This document shows positions 19,874 to 30,145 of a DNA stretch of 64,000 nucleotides, piece after piece. Every line of letters starts with the position of its first letter. Within the stretch, counting starts at the first letter, position 1. This DNA comes from an uncultured Chitinophagaceae bacterium (lineage in GTDB: Bacteria > Bacteroidota > Bacteroidia > Chitinophagales > Chitinophagaceae), in NCBI GenBank assembly GCA_963835995.1, contig CAWIHW010000001.1, positions 1,687,700-1,751,699 on the forward strand. Reading direction: 5' to 3'. The notes beneath the pieces were generated by a model that searched no databases, was not told the DNA's origin, and was given only the letters and a program-made list of their open reading frames with translations. The position numbers were made by a program, and so were the translations under genes.

Positions 19874-20560
19874 TCAATCGCGCGAATTGTTCCGCCATTT
19901 CACTGAGTTGATGAGATGCTTCATATCCTGTTCGAGAAAATTGTTCACTGGTTTTAAAGAATCTTCATTAGGCGTCGCGTCAAAATACAGAGCTCCCCTT
20001 AAAAAATTATGTACTGAATCGGAAAGAAAGAATTGTTTTGCCGTAGCCACATTGCCGGAAAGACGGAAGAAAATTCCCGTAATATCGTTGGGAGTATGCA
20101 TCACGCTGTCTTCGATGGAATTGGCCTTTACATCATTTTTGTAGGTAAGATTGTAAGAATCGTTCACCAGGTTTTGAAAAACATTCTTACCGATGGAATC
20201 CCGGTAACCACCGCCAGGTTTCTTCACTTCATATACAGAAGTACCCCCGATTAATTTATAGGTAATATAAATTTTGCCATTCAGTTTAGGAAAATCGATG
20301 TTGATCGAATATGGGTCTTTTACATTGGGATTAAGGTAAAGCGAATCCTTGTCGATTATAGCATATACGGGGTATTCAAAGGTGTACGGGTATTTAGGAT
20401 CGTCAAATTCTCTGTATTCTCTTTTCGGCAAATCAATTTTATAATATCCTGTTCTTTTTGAAGTATAAACCGAATTGCAATTTGAAAATAAAATTAAGAT
20501 AAACGACAATGTGGTAGTTATTATCAAAGAAAATTTCTTCACGCAAACCAATTTATTCAT
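19874..20560 (-). CDS. gldD: Gliding motility lipoprotein GldD
   Basis: GYYKIDLP, YPYTFEY, GNVATAKQFFLSDSVHNFLRGALYF; follows gldE. Confidence 0.88.
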   Translation of the reverse strand: MNKLVCVKKFSLIITTTLSFILILFSNCNSVYTSKRTGYYKIDLPKREYREFDDPKYPYTFEYPVYAIIDKDSLYLNPNVKDPYSINIDFPKLNGKIYITYKLIGGTSVYEVKKPGGGYRDSIGKNVFQNLVNDSYNLTYKNDVKANSIEDSVMHTPNDITGIFFRLSGNVATAKQFFLSDSVHNFLRGALYFDATPNEDSLKPVNNFLEQDMKHLINSVKWRNNSRD

Positions 20561-21887
20561 TATCCTTTTGTTTCAATGTGAGCTTCACTTTTTCAATCCT
20601 GTTTTTATTGATCTCTAATGGTACAAAAGTATAGTCTTCCCATACCAATGGTTGATTTATCTCAGGGAATTCTCCTGCAATTTCCAATACAAGACCGGCA
20701 AGCGAATCACTGTCGCTGCGAATTTTATCAAATGTGTCAATAGGAAGATGAATTATTTTGCAAACATCATTGATCATGGTTTTGCCTTCAAAGATGTAGT
20801 TATAATCGTCGAGTTTTTTATTAATGCTTTGCTCGTCGTCAAACTCATCGTGAATGTCGCCGATTATTTCTTCCATTACGTCTTCAAGTGTGATAATGCC
20901 CGAAGTACCTCCAAATTCATCTACTACTACGGCGAAGTGGATGCGGCGGTTTCTAAAATCCTGTAAAATATCTTCGATCAGTTTTTGTTCATGCACATAG
21001 AAAACAGGACGCATCAGCGAATGCCAGTCATACTCTTGCTCAGCAAGGTAGGGCAACAGGTCTTTTGTGTGAAGAATACCGGCAATCTCGTCAAGATTAT
21101 TCTTGTAGATCGGTATTCTCGAATAATGCATCTCCTCTATTTTTCTCTTTACTTCTGCAAAGGAAGTGTTGAATTCAATTCCGCTTACATCAAGGCGTGT
21201 ACGCATCGTTTGCTTTACGGTAGTATTACCGAATTTTCTGATGCCTTTCAGAATTTGCTTTTCTTCATTACTTGCTTCATGTTCGGGTAAAAGGTCAATT
21301 GCATAATCCAGTTGCGAATCGCTCATTCCGGCGGACTTCGAATGAAAGCTCCGTTCTATAGAGTCGCTGAAATTGACAAGACGCCGGCTAGCTGGGGAAA
21401 ACAAGCGATGAAACATTTCTACAATAAAGGAAGACACCGATGCAAACCATATCTTGTGATTTGTGGCCCACACTTTAGGAAGCACCTCGCAGAACATCAG
21501 AAGCACTGCGGCAATAATTATCACCTTGCCCACGAACTCAACTAGAAAATGAATGTGCAGGGTCACTGCCCAGTTATTCAAAAGGGTGTTAGCTATAAGA
21601 ATGATGCCGAGATTTGCAAAACTGTTGGCAATAAGCATCGATGCCAGCAGATTTTTGGGATTTTCCAGCAGCCGGATGATACGTTTGTAAGAAGGTTGCT
21701 GTCTGGTTTTTAGAACATTAATATCCCTGTTACCGAGCGAAAAAAAAGCTACCTCGGATCCCGACACGAAGAATGATAGCAGCAACAGAATAAGTATGAT
21801 AAAGACAAGCACAGTGGTTGTCGTAGGATCTATCACCAACAGGTAGAGCAGGTTGTAGCTGTAATGAATAGACGAATGATAATCCAA
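20553..21887 (-). CDS. gldE: Gliding motility-associated protein GldE (DUF21-CBS-CorC)
   Basis: SGSEVAFFSL, CBS pair, VVDEFGGTSGIITLED; ssb-gldE-gldD context. Confidence 0.9.
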   Translation of the reverse strand: MDYHSSIHYSYNLLYLLVIDPTTTTVLVFIILILLLLSFFVSGSEVAFFSLGNRDINVLKTRQQPSYKRIIRLLENPKNLLASMLIANSFANLGIILIANTLLNNWAVTLHIHFLVEFVGKVIIIAAVLLMFCEVLPKVWATNHKIWFASVSSFIVEMFHRLFSPASRRLVNFSDSIERSFHSKSAGMSDSQLDYAIDLLPEHEASNEEKQILKGIRKFGNTTVKQTMRTRLDVSGIEFNTSFAEVKRKIEEMHYSRIPIYKNNLDEIAGILHTKDLLPYLAEQEYDWHSLMRPVFYVHEQKLIEDILQDFRNRRIHFAVVVDEFGGTSGIITLEDVMEEIIGDIHDEFDDEQSINKKLDDYNYIFEGKTMINDVCKIIHLPIDTFDKIRSDSDSLAGLVLEIAGEFPEINQPLVWEDYTFVPLEINKNRIEKVKLTLKQKDNE

Positions 21888-21932
21888 TCCGGGAAAATTT
21901 TAATTAAAGATCAGGAAAAATAATCTACTTTT

Positions 21933-22361
21933 TTAAAAAGGCAGCTTTTCTCCCCCATCGTCAATTGGAGGTATGTCGTTACCATGAAGCCCTTCATGTC
22001 CCGATTCAGTAGGGGCCGTACTGCCATCGCTGCGTTTATCCAGCATGATGAGATTGTCAGCAATTATTTCGGTGGCTACTTTTTTATTATGATCACGGTC
22101 TTCCCAATAGCGGGTTTTTAGCCGCCCCTCAATGTAAACAAGACTGCTTTTATGAAGATACTTCTGGGCCAATTCTGCAAGGCCCCGCCAGAGAACTACA
22201 TTGTGCCACTCTGTTTGAGATATGAGTTTACCTGTTTTGTCTTTATAAGTTTCGGTAGTTGCCAGGGGAAATTTGGCTACAGGAATGTTGCCCTCCAGGT
22301 ACTGTATTTCGGGGTCTTTTCCGAGGTTGCCGATTAAGATCACTTTATTGACGCCTCTCAT
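21933..22361 (-). CDS. ssb: Single-stranded DNA-binding protein with acidic C-terminal tip
   Basis: VNKVILIGNLGKDPE, TEWHNVV; ends DDGGEKLPF. Confidence 0.97.
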   Translation of the reverse strand: MRGVNKVILIGNLGKDPEIQYLEGNIPVAKFPLATTETYKDKTGKLISQTEWHNVVLWRGLAELAQKYLHKSSLVYIEGRLKTRYWEDRDHNKKVATEIIADNLIMLDKRSDGSTAPTESGHEGLHGNDIPPIDDGGEKLPF

Positions 22362-22416
22362 AAAAATCTCAGTTTCTTCTGTTGCGAATTAATTGAAACA
22401 ACTTTAAAGATACATT

Positions 22417-23472
22417 TTAATCCCGTAAATACGAAGTTATAAATTTTGGTAAAGGGAGATGATGGAGCTCACTATGAGAAACTTTTTTAAACCTTTTTAA
22501 CGAGACAATTTCTTTGTTCAGCATCACGTGGAAAAATCTTCCTTTGATAGTTTGATGCGTCAATTTTTGCTGAAAGTCACTTGAAATTTTTATTACTGTA
22601 TGGACGTTGCCAATTAATGCAATGACTTCGTCTGTTTGTAAAAATCTCTTTGCGGGCATAAAATCTTTAGTTTCTACCAGCACGAATTCATACAAATTTT
22701 GCCAGATATCTTTTTGAGTTCTTTTATGTACGTATAGCTTATTGTTATGCTCAATGATCAAATAATTAAGAAAGCGTGTTCGTTGCCTGACGGTCTTTTC
22801 CTTTACGGGCAGCGTTAACACAAGTTGTTGCTGATGTGCTGCACATTTTTTCCGAAGAACACATTCATTGCACAATGGCGACGCAGGCTTACATACTACC
22901 GCGCCAAAATCCATAATAGCCTGGTTATATAAGGCCGGATTTTTTTTATCAAGCAGTTCATTGGCAAGTTGCGTAAACTGATTTTTCCCTTTTATGGAAT
23001 CCACCGGCGTATGTATTCCAAAGAATCTTGCAAGTACGCGAAACACATTCCCGTCTACAACCGCATAGGGGAGGTTGAAAGCAAATGATGCAATTGCTGC
23101 TGCGGTATAGTTACCGATTCCTTTGAGTTTGAGAATATCGTCATACTTGTCAGGAAATTTCCCGTCAAGTTCCCGGGCGATGTACCTCGCAGAAACAACC
23201 AGGTTTCGGCACCTGCTGTAGTATCCTAATCCCTCCCATGCCTTATATACCTGCTGTTCGCCGGCAGCAGCCAGGCTTTTCACGTCCGGCCATTTTTTTA
23301 TAAATCGCCGGTAGTAGTCTAGCCCTTGCTGCACCCGGGTCTGTTGCAGGATGATTTCGCTGATCCATATCCGGTATGGATCCCGCTCACCCTTCCAGGG
23401 CATTTCGCGGGTATTTTGAATTCTATCCCATTTTCTTAAATTTTCAAAGAAAAATTTCTTATTTTTCATCAA
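22417..23472 (-). CDS. mutY: A/G-specific adenine glycosylase
   Basis: WISEIILQQTRV, HhH-GPD (GIGNYTA, VDGNVFRV), 4Fe-4S motif CKPASPLCNECVLRKKC. Confidence 0.96.
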   Translation of the reverse strand: MMKNKKFFFENLRKWDRIQNTREMPWKGERDPYRIWISEIILQQTRVQQGLDYYRRFIKKWPDVKSLAAAGEQQVYKAWEGLGYYSRCRNLVVSARYIARELDGKFPDKYDDILKLKGIGNYTAAAIASFAFNLPYAVVDGNVFRVLARFFGIHTPVDSIKGKNQFTQLANELLDKKNPALYNQAIMDFGAVVCKPASPLCNECVLRKKCAAHQQQLVLTLPVKEKTVRQRTRFLNYLIIEHNNKLYVHKRTQKDIWQNLYEFVLVETKDFMPAKRFLQTDEVIALIGNVHTVIKISSDFQQKLTHQTIKGRFFHVMLNKEIVSLKRFKKVSHSELHHLPLPKFITSYLRD

Positions 23473-23554
23473 ATATTAAAAGTTCGGGTAAGGAGTAAAT
23501 AAATAATTTTCAAAAGAAAGACTTTTATTTTTCGTTGTTGATTGTAAATAAACC

Positions 23555-23562
23555 TAAATTTG
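23555..23562 (+). promoter_or_regulatory. -7 promoter element TAAATTTG upstream of HU
   Basis: TAnnTTTG match about 60 nt before the ATG. Confidence 0.5.
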
Positions 23563-23622
23563 TTGTTGCCTGGTAAAACACTTATTATTTGGTGCTTCAT
23601 TCTTAACCCAATTATAAGTAAA

Positions 23623-23922
23623 ATGAGAAAAGTAGACGTCATTAATCAAATTTCAGAAAAAACAGGTATTCCAAAAGTAGACGTTTTGGTAACACTTGAA
23701 GCCTTCTTCAAAGAAGTAAAGGAAACTCTTGCCAAGGGGGAAAACATTTACGTAAGAGGCTTCGGAAGTTTTATTACTAAAAAACGTGCTGCTAAGATCG
23801 GCAGGAATATTAAGAAAAACATTGCCGTAGAAATTCCCGAACATTATATCCCTGCATTTAAACCCGCCAAAGAATTTGTTCAGGAAATAAAACAAAGCCA
23901 TCACAGCAGGACAGTACAATAA
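23623..23922 (+). CDS. HU/IHF family DNA-binding protein
   Basis: RGFGSF, GRNIKKN, IPAFKPAKEF; start refined to ATG 23623. Confidence 0.93.
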   Translation: MRKVDVINQISEKTGIPKVDVLVTLEAFFKEVKETLAKGENIYVRGFGSFITKKRAAKIGRNIKKNIAVEIPEHYIPAFKPAKEFVQEIKQSHHSRTVQ

Positions 23923-23960
23923 TTGTAACTTCGCGTTTCAATTAAAAGTACATTACTCAA

Positions 23961-24812
23961 TTGGTTAAAAGAATTGCATTAGCCGCAGGTGGCATTTTGT
24001 TATTACTGGTATTGCTCAGGTTTGGGAAAACATCCATACCACAGCCTCAATTGTCTGCGAGCCAGGCAATGGTACCTGCTTTTGACGTCAAGACTTATAT
24101 TTCCCGGGAAAAGCAACAACTTAAGCCATTACAGATCGCGTATTTGTCTAAAATTGAGAACAGTGTTACCCGCGGAGATGTGAAGGGGGAAACCGAAGGC
24201 CAGCTAAATCAGCTTGCCTCGTTTTGGAAAGATTCAGCCCGATCGTTCGTCCCTTATGCCTATTATTTAAGCGAAGCAGCCAAATTGGATAATTCCGAAA
24301 AAAACCTCACCTTTGCTGCCCGTTTGATATTGCAGCAGATGCGTGGAGAGGATAGCCTGGAGTTAAAATCGTGGGAAGCACAAACGGCAGCCTCCTTATT
24401 TGAACGAGCTTTAAAACTAGACCCCGATAATGAAGATTTGAAAGTTGGGTTGGGAAGCTGCTATGTTTATGGCGCCGGCATGATGGGTGATCCGCAGCAG
24501 ACGATGAAAGGCATTCAGCAGTTGCTGGAGGTGGTGAGTAAGGATTCGAACAACATGCAGGCTCAAATGGTGCTGGGAATAGGAGCGGTAATCTCCAGGC
24601 AGTTCGACAAAGGAATTATCCGGCTTAATAAAGTCGTTTCTTTTGATCCGACCAATCTTGAGGCGATTTCCTGGCTTGCTGATGCCTACGCAGGGGCGGG
24701 TGATAAACAAAACGCAGTGAAATGGTACGAGAAAGCTAAAAGCATGGTTAATAACCCTGAATTTAGCAAAGAGATCGATGAAAGAATAAAGGCTCTCAAT
24801 GGGCCACAATAA
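23961..24812 (+). CDS. Tetratricopeptide repeat protein
   Basis: N-terminal TM helix and TPR helices. Confidence 0.78.
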   Translation: MVKRIALAAGGILLLLVLLRFGKTSIPQPQLSASQAMVPAFDVKTYISREKQQLKPLQIAYLSKIENSVTRGDVKGETEGQLNQLASFWKDSARSFVPYAYYLSEAAKLDNSEKNLTFAARLILQQMRGEDSLELKSWEAQTAASLFERALKLDPDNEDLKVGLGSCYVYGAGMMGDPQQTMKGIQQLLEVVSKDSNNMQAQMVLGIGAVISRQFDKGIIRLNKVVSFDPTNLEAISWLADAYAGAGDKQNAVKWYEKAKSMVNNPEFSKEIDERIKALNGPQ

Positions 24813-24855
24813 AAGTAAATACTGATATTAGTAATATTATTAAAAATACTCACTT

Positions 24856-24945
24856 ATGCCTTGTGGTAAAAAGAGAAAACGTCACAAAATCGCAACACAC
24901 AAACGAAAAAAGCGTTTAAGAAAAAACCGTCATAAGAAGAAGTAA
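24856..24945 (+). CDS. Small ribosomal protein bS22/mS38-like (29 aa)
   Basis: MPCGKKRKRHKIATHKRKKRLRKNRHKKK; too short for the ORF track; matches the Bacteroidota bS22-type basic peptide. Confidence 0.85.
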   Translation: MPCGKKRKRHKIATHKRKKRLRKNRHKKK

Positions 24946-25027
24946 TACCGTACTTTTATAAGTATGGTTTTGACGGATTTGCTTGATACTCTCTTGTGTA
25001 TTGACATTAATTAAAAGACTTTGAGTT

Positions 25028-26575
25028 TTGAATAAGGAGCTTATTATAAATGTTGCTCCTCAGGCAGTAGAAATAGCCCTACTGGAGGACAAGAAACTTG
25101 TAGAATTGCATAATGAAAATGCGAATGCAAGTTTTGCAGTTGGGGATTTATACCTGGGTAAGGTGAAAAAGCTTATCCCGGGGCTCAATGCTGCATTTGT
25201 AGACGTGGGATTCGAAAAAGATGCATTTCTGCATTATACAGATCTCAGCCCATATGTGCGTTCCATTCTCAAGTTTACCAAAATGGCCATCAACGACAAG
25301 TCCGATGCGGGGCTTGACTTTACGGCATTTACCGTGGAACCCGAGATAGTCAAAACCGGAAAAATTTCCGAAGTATTGAGCGGCAAGCCGCAAATTTTGG
25401 TACAAATTTTAAAAGAACCCATTGCCGCCAAAGGCCCGCGGCTGAGTTGTGAACTTTCTCTGCCCGGACGATTTGTTGTTCTCACTCCTTTCAACGATAT
25501 TATTGCAGTATCCCGCAAAATTCATTCTTCTGACGAAAGGAAGCGGCTACAGAAAATAGTGGAAGCAGTGAAGCCGAAAAATTTCGGAGTGATTGTGCGC
25601 ACCGCAGCAGAAGGAAAACACACATCTGAGTTGCATGAAGATTTGCTAAATCTTATTAATACCTGGAAGACGATTCAATCTAACCTGAAGGGAGCCAACG
25701 CTCCCTGCAAGATCATGAGCGAAGAAGGAAAGACAAATAGCATACTCCGCGATTTGCTCAGTGAAGATTTTAACCGGATCGTAGTGAACGATAAGAATAT
25801 TTTTAACGATACAAAGAATTACCTGCAACGTATAGCGCCGGAGAAAAGGGACATACTTGCATTTCACAATAACGGTGCGCCGGTATTCGATAGTTATGGA
25901 ATTACCAGGCAGGTAAAAGCATCGTTCGGAAAAACGGTGAACCTACCGAGTGGAGCTTACCTTATCATTGAACATACCGAGGCACTTCATGTGATTGATG
26001 TAAACAGTGGCTACAAAAGCGTAAGCAACAACCAGGAACAAAATGCTTTTGAAACCAATCTAGAAGCGGCTGCGGAAATTGCCCGGCAGCTGAGACTTCG
26101 CGATATTGGCGGCATCATAGTGGTTGACTTCATTGATATGAAGCTTGCAGATAATAAGAAAAGGATTGCAGAGCAAATGGATCAATTCATGCGGATCGAC
26201 AGGGCAAAACATGCGGTGTTACCTATTAGCAAGTTTGGACTGATGCAGATCACCCGCCAGCGCATGAGGCCCGAAATGAAGATTAATACTTCCGAAGTGT
26301 GCCCCAGTTGTGATGGCACCGGAAAAATTTCATCGACACTTATTTTGGAAGATGAAATCGAAAAAAATCTCAGCTACCTGATAATGCAAAAGCATACGGG
26401 TCTTACCATAGAAGTGCATCCTATTTTGCACGCTTATCTCACAAAAGGATTTCCGTCTATACGGATGAAATGGAGATGGAAATACAAACAGAAGATTGCC
26501 ATTAAACCTAACACCAACTATCATTTAACTGAGTTTCATTTTTACGATTCTCACGATGAAGAAATCAAGTTATAG
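25028..26575 (+). CDS. rng: Rne/Rng family ribonuclease
   Basis: S1 domain, IDVNSG, RLRDIGGIIVVDFIDM, CPSCDGTG Zn-link. Confidence 0.95.
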   Translation: MNKELIINVAPQAVEIALLEDKKLVELHNENANASFAVGDLYLGKVKKLIPGLNAAFVDVGFEKDAFLHYTDLSPYVRSILKFTKMAINDKSDAGLDFTAFTVEPEIVKTGKISEVLSGKPQILVQILKEPIAAKGPRLSCELSLPGRFVVLTPFNDIIAVSRKIHSSDERKRLQKIVEAVKPKNFGVIVRTAAEGKHTSELHEDLLNLINTWKTIQSNLKGANAPCKIMSEEGKTNSILRDLLSEDFNRIVVNDKNIFNDTKNYLQRIAPEKRDILAFHNNGAPVFDSYGITRQVKASFGKTVNLPSGAYLIIEHTEALHVIDVNSGYKSVSNNQEQNAFETNLEAAAEIARQLRLRDIGGIIVVDFIDMKLADNKKRIAEQMDQFMRIDRAKHAVLPISKFGLMQITRQRMRPEMKINTSEVCPSCDGTGKISSTLILEDEIEKNLSYLIMQKHTGLTIEVHPILHAYLTKGFPSIRMKWRWKYKQKIAIKPNTNYHLTEFHFYDSHDEEIKL

Positions 26576-26645
26576 TTTATTATTGTTATTTTAATATTGC
26601 CGGCATAGCTTATGCTGCATTTTTTTGAATAATCATAGTGAACTC

Positions 26646-27068
26646 ATGAAAATATATCAGGAACAATTAACACTTCCCGCAAGAGAAAAAGGATTTCATC
26701 TTATTACTTCAGAAATCGTAAACTCACTGCCACGCATACACGAAATTAAAACAGGATTATGCCAGGTATTTATTCAGCATACCTCTGCGTCACTTTGTAT
26801 TAACGAAAATGCAGACCCGACCGTAAGAAAGGATTTTGAAACCTTTTTTAATAAAGCCGTTCCGGAAAATGATTCGGATTATATTCACGATACCGAAGGG
26901 AGCGATGATATGCCGGCACATTTAAAGGCAGCAATACTTGGAAGTTCTGTGCTGATACCAATTATCAATGGGAGATTGGCTTTAGGAATATGGCAGGGAA
27001 TTTATTTATGCGAGCACCGCAATTACGGCGGGCCAAGGAACGTAGTTGTAACGGTATGGGGCGAATAA
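26646..27068 (+). CDS. yjbQ: YjbQ (UPF0047) family protein
   Basis: HTSASLCINENADP, DMPAHLK, LGIWQGIYLCEHR. Confidence 0.92.
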   Translation: MKIYQEQLTLPAREKGFHLITSEIVNSLPRIHEIKTGLCQVFIQHTSASLCINENADPTVRKDFETFFNKAVPENDSDYIHDTEGSDDMPAHLKAAILGSSVLIPIINGRLALGIWQGIYLCEHRNYGGPRNVVVTVWGE

Positions 27069-27069
27069 A

Positions 27070-27576
27070 TTATTTACAAAGCCTTTCAAGAATTTCTTTA
27101 TGCCGGGGGAAAGATCGCAAGAGTTCTTTCTTATCAGCCATCTCAAAATCTGTAAAATCAAATCCGGGTGATACGGTACATCCGCCAAGTATAAAAGAAT
27201 TTTCCGGTGCCGGCTCCGACGCAAACCAAACAGTTGCCGGTACCACGAACTGAAATACCTCACCGTCCTCCAGATTTTTTCCGAGTTTTTGACATTTGTA
27301 ATTTCCTTCGTTATCAATCATGTGCACTAATAAAGTGCCACCCGCATAAAAGTGCCAGCCTTCATCGCTCTTGATACGGTGAAACGCAGAATGCTCTCCC
27401 TGTCTTAGTAAATAATAAATAGAAGTGGAAAAGCTTCTGGTGCCGGTAAATCTTTGCGGTAGTGCGTTTGCGGCGACGCTTTCAGAAGCCCTGTATATTT
27501 CCCTATAAAATCCGCCTTCTGGATGAGGCTTCAATTGTAAGTGGTCTATATAATACCACGCATCCATTTGTGTCAT
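27070..27576 (-). CDS. Cupin domain protein (DUF985 / cupin_5)
   Basis: LKPHPEGGFY, TSIYYLL, HRIKSDEGWHFY, VSPGFDF. Confidence 0.9.
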   Translation of the reverse strand: MTQMDAWYYIDHLQLKPHPEGGFYREIYRASESVAANALPQRFTGTRSFSTSIYYLLRQGEHSAFHRIKSDEGWHFYAGGTLLVHMIDNEGNYKCQKLGKNLEDGEVFQFVVPATVWFASEPAPENSFILGGCTVSPGFDFTDFEMADKKELLRSFPRHKEILERLCK

Positions 27577-27702
27577 TACATTTCAATAAGCAAATTAAAA
27601 GAAAACTATCACTCACTTATTTTCGGGATTAATAATTTTACTAAAGGTAAGAGATTGTGCAGTACACTGATTCTGATTAATGAATTAATATTGTTCCATA
27701 TT

Positions 27703-30102
27703 ATGAAAATGAAAAAGATTTCAATATTCGTTTTGGTCTGCTTATTTAGCAGGACCGACGCACAGACTATATCAAAAGAGATTCTTGCAAAGAGATGGGA
27801 TGGCTACTGGATCTGCCCATATGGAGCATCGGCTCATAATTATGGAGTATATTATTTCCGTAAAAAGGTTTCTTTGGACAAAAAGCCATCATCATTTATA
27901 ATTCATGTATCTGCAGATAATCGTTATAAATTATACGTAAATGATTCCCTGGTATCACTGGGCCCGGCAAGTGCTGATCTGTTTCACTGGAATTATGAAA
28001 CGGTAGATATTGCGAAATTTCTTCGTGTAGGTGATAACGTTTTAGCGTCTGTGGTTTGGAATTATGGTGACTATAAACCGGAGCACCAGGTATCTTTCCG
28101 TACCGGTTTCATTCTTCAGGGAGACGGCAATGAAGAAAAGATAGTGAACACCAATAACTCCTGGAAAAGTATGGTGGATAGTAGTTATAGCCCGTTGCAG
28201 CCGGATTTAATTTACTGTTATTATGTGGCAGGGCCAGGAGAAAGAATTGATTTGAACAAATACCCGGAAGGCTGGCGAAGAATTGACTATGATGATAGCA
28301 GATGGGGAAATTCCATAGCAATTGTGAGCGGATTGCCTAAAGGCGTATTGCAATCTGATCTTAGCTGGATGCTGATTCCGAGAAGTATTCCCCAGGTGGA
28401 ATTACAAAAGGAAAGACTACAAAGAGTAAGATTAACCTCGGGAATTGATGTGCCTTCCGGATTTCCTGAATCAAAAACTTCATTTACTGTTCCCGCCAAC
28501 AGTAGCGTAAAAATATTGCTCGATAATGGCGTTCTCACAAATGCTTATCCTGTTCTTCAATTTAGTGGTGGTAAAGAAGCAGACATAAAAATTGGCTATG
28601 CAGAGAGCCTTTACATAAAAGAAGATAATGGTAAAAATTGGAAAGCGCAGCAGCAAAAAGGAAACCGTAATGAAGTGAAAGGAAAAAGATTTGTTGGCGT
28701 GAAAGATGAACTAATTGCGAATGGAAGAGATGACGAAACATTCACTCCACTTGTATGGCGAACGTATCGCTATGTGCAATTGGAAATTAAAACAGCAGAC
28801 CAACCTTTAATTATTGATGATTTCTATGGAATATTTACAGGCTATCCTTTTAAACTAAAAGCAAGCTTCGTTTCGGGTAATGATACACAGCAAAAAATAT
28901 TTGAGACAGGATGGCGCACTGCGCGCCTTGATGCAGTTGAAACTTATATGGATTGCCCGTACTATGAACAATTGCAATATGTTGGCGATACGCGCATCCA
29001 GGCAATGGTGTCATTATATAATAGCGGGGATGACCGGCTGATGCGAAATGCCATTACTCAGATAGACTATTCAAGGCTGGCGGAAGGTGTCACACTGAGT
29101 CGTTATCCTACTGCCAATGCACAGGAAATACCGCCGTTTTCTTTGTGGTGGATCGGGATGTTGTATGATTATTATATGTACAGGAACGATCCTGCATTTG
29201 TAAAGCAATTTCTTCCCGGGGAAAGACAGGTGTTGAATTTCTTTTCAAAATATCAGCAGGCAGACGGGAGTTTGAAAAATGCACCTTATTGGGAATTTAC
29301 CGACTGGTGCGACGGCAAAGGATGGGGCAGCGGTGAGGCGCCCTTTGGTAAAGATGGTAATTCTGCAGTGCTCGATCTGCAATTACTTTGGGCTTACCAA
29401 CTTGCGGCTATTCTTGAAGATAAATTGGGAATGAAAGCTTATGCAGACGAATATTCGAAAAAGGCAATAATACTAACGCAAACAATTAAACGGAAATATT
29501 GGAATGGCGAAAAAGGGTTATTTGCCGATACTGATAAAAAAAATTTATTTTCTCAACATGCCAATACCCTTGCAATATTAACGGGAGTCGTGAAGGATGA
29601 TGCTGCCACACAAATTGCCAAAAAGATTATTCGTGATACTTCGTTAGCACAGGCAACCATTTATTTTCAGTATTACGTAAACCAGGCTTTGAGAAAAGCC
29701 GGTTTTGGCGATCTCTATTTGAATCGTTTACAAATATGGAAAGCGGACCTTGACAGCGGATTAACTACATGGGCCGAGATGAGTGACATTAATAATTCCC
29801 GGTCCGACTGTCATGCATGGGGGGCAAGCCCCAATATTGAGTTTCTAAGAACGGTGTTGGGAATAGATACGGATGCCCCGGGCTTTGCAAAAATCAAAAT
29901 AGAACCACATTTGGGGCTATTAAAAAATGTGTCTGGCTCCATGCCACATCCGCTTGGGGAAATAAAAGTGAGTTATCAGGTAAATACCGCCGGTAAATTG
30001 ACGGCAAATATCTCTATCCCGGATAGAACCACCGGCGTTTTTATTTGGCATGGCAGAACGATCCCTTTGAAGGCGGGAGAAACGAACTTTGAAAATTTAT
30101 AG
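27703..30102 (+). CDS. Alpha-L-rhamnosidase (GH78)
   Basis: Signal peptide; SADNRYKLYVN, DCPYYEQLQYVGD, SRSDCHAWG; start refined to ATG 27703. Confidence 0.9.
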   Translation: MKMKKISIFVLVCLFSRTDAQTISKEILAKRWDGYWICPYGASAHNYGVYYFRKKVSLDKKPSSFIIHVSADNRYKLYVNDSLVSLGPASADLFHWNYETVDIAKFLRVGDNVLASVVWNYGDYKPEHQVSFRTGFILQGDGNEEKIVNTNNSWKSMVDSSYSPLQPDLIYCYYVAGPGERIDLNKYPEGWRRIDYDDSRWGNSIAIVSGLPKGVLQSDLSWMLIPRSIPQVELQKERLQRVRLTSGIDVPSGFPESKTSFTVPANSSVKILLDNGVLTNAYPVLQFSGGKEADIKIGYAESLYIKEDNGKNWKAQQQKGNRNEVKGKRFVGVKDELIANGRDDETFTPLVWRTYRYVQLEIKTADQPLIIDDFYGIFTGYPFKLKASFVSGNDTQQKIFETGWRTARLDAVETYMDCPYYEQLQYVGDTRIQAMVSLYNSGDDRLMRNAITQIDYSRLAEGVTLSRYPTANAQEIPPFSLWWIGMLYDYYMYRNDPAFVKQFLPGERQVLNFFSKYQQADGSLKNAPYWEFTDWCDGKGWGSGEAPFGKDGNSAVLDLQLLWAYQLAAILEDKLGMKAYADEYSKKAIILTQTIKRKYWNGEKGLFADTDKKNLFSQHANTLAILTGVVKDDAATQIAKKIIRDTSLAQATIYFQYYVNQALRKAGFGDLYLNRLQIWKADLDSGLTTWAEMSDINNSRSDCHAWGASPNIEFLRTVLGIDTDAPGFAKIKIEPHLGLLKNVSGSMPHPLGEIKVSYQVNTAGKLTANISIPDRTTGVFIWHGRTIPLKAGETNFENL

Positions 30103-30145
30103 GGAGCTAACGCTTACGTATACACGAAAATGATTTTTTGATGAA

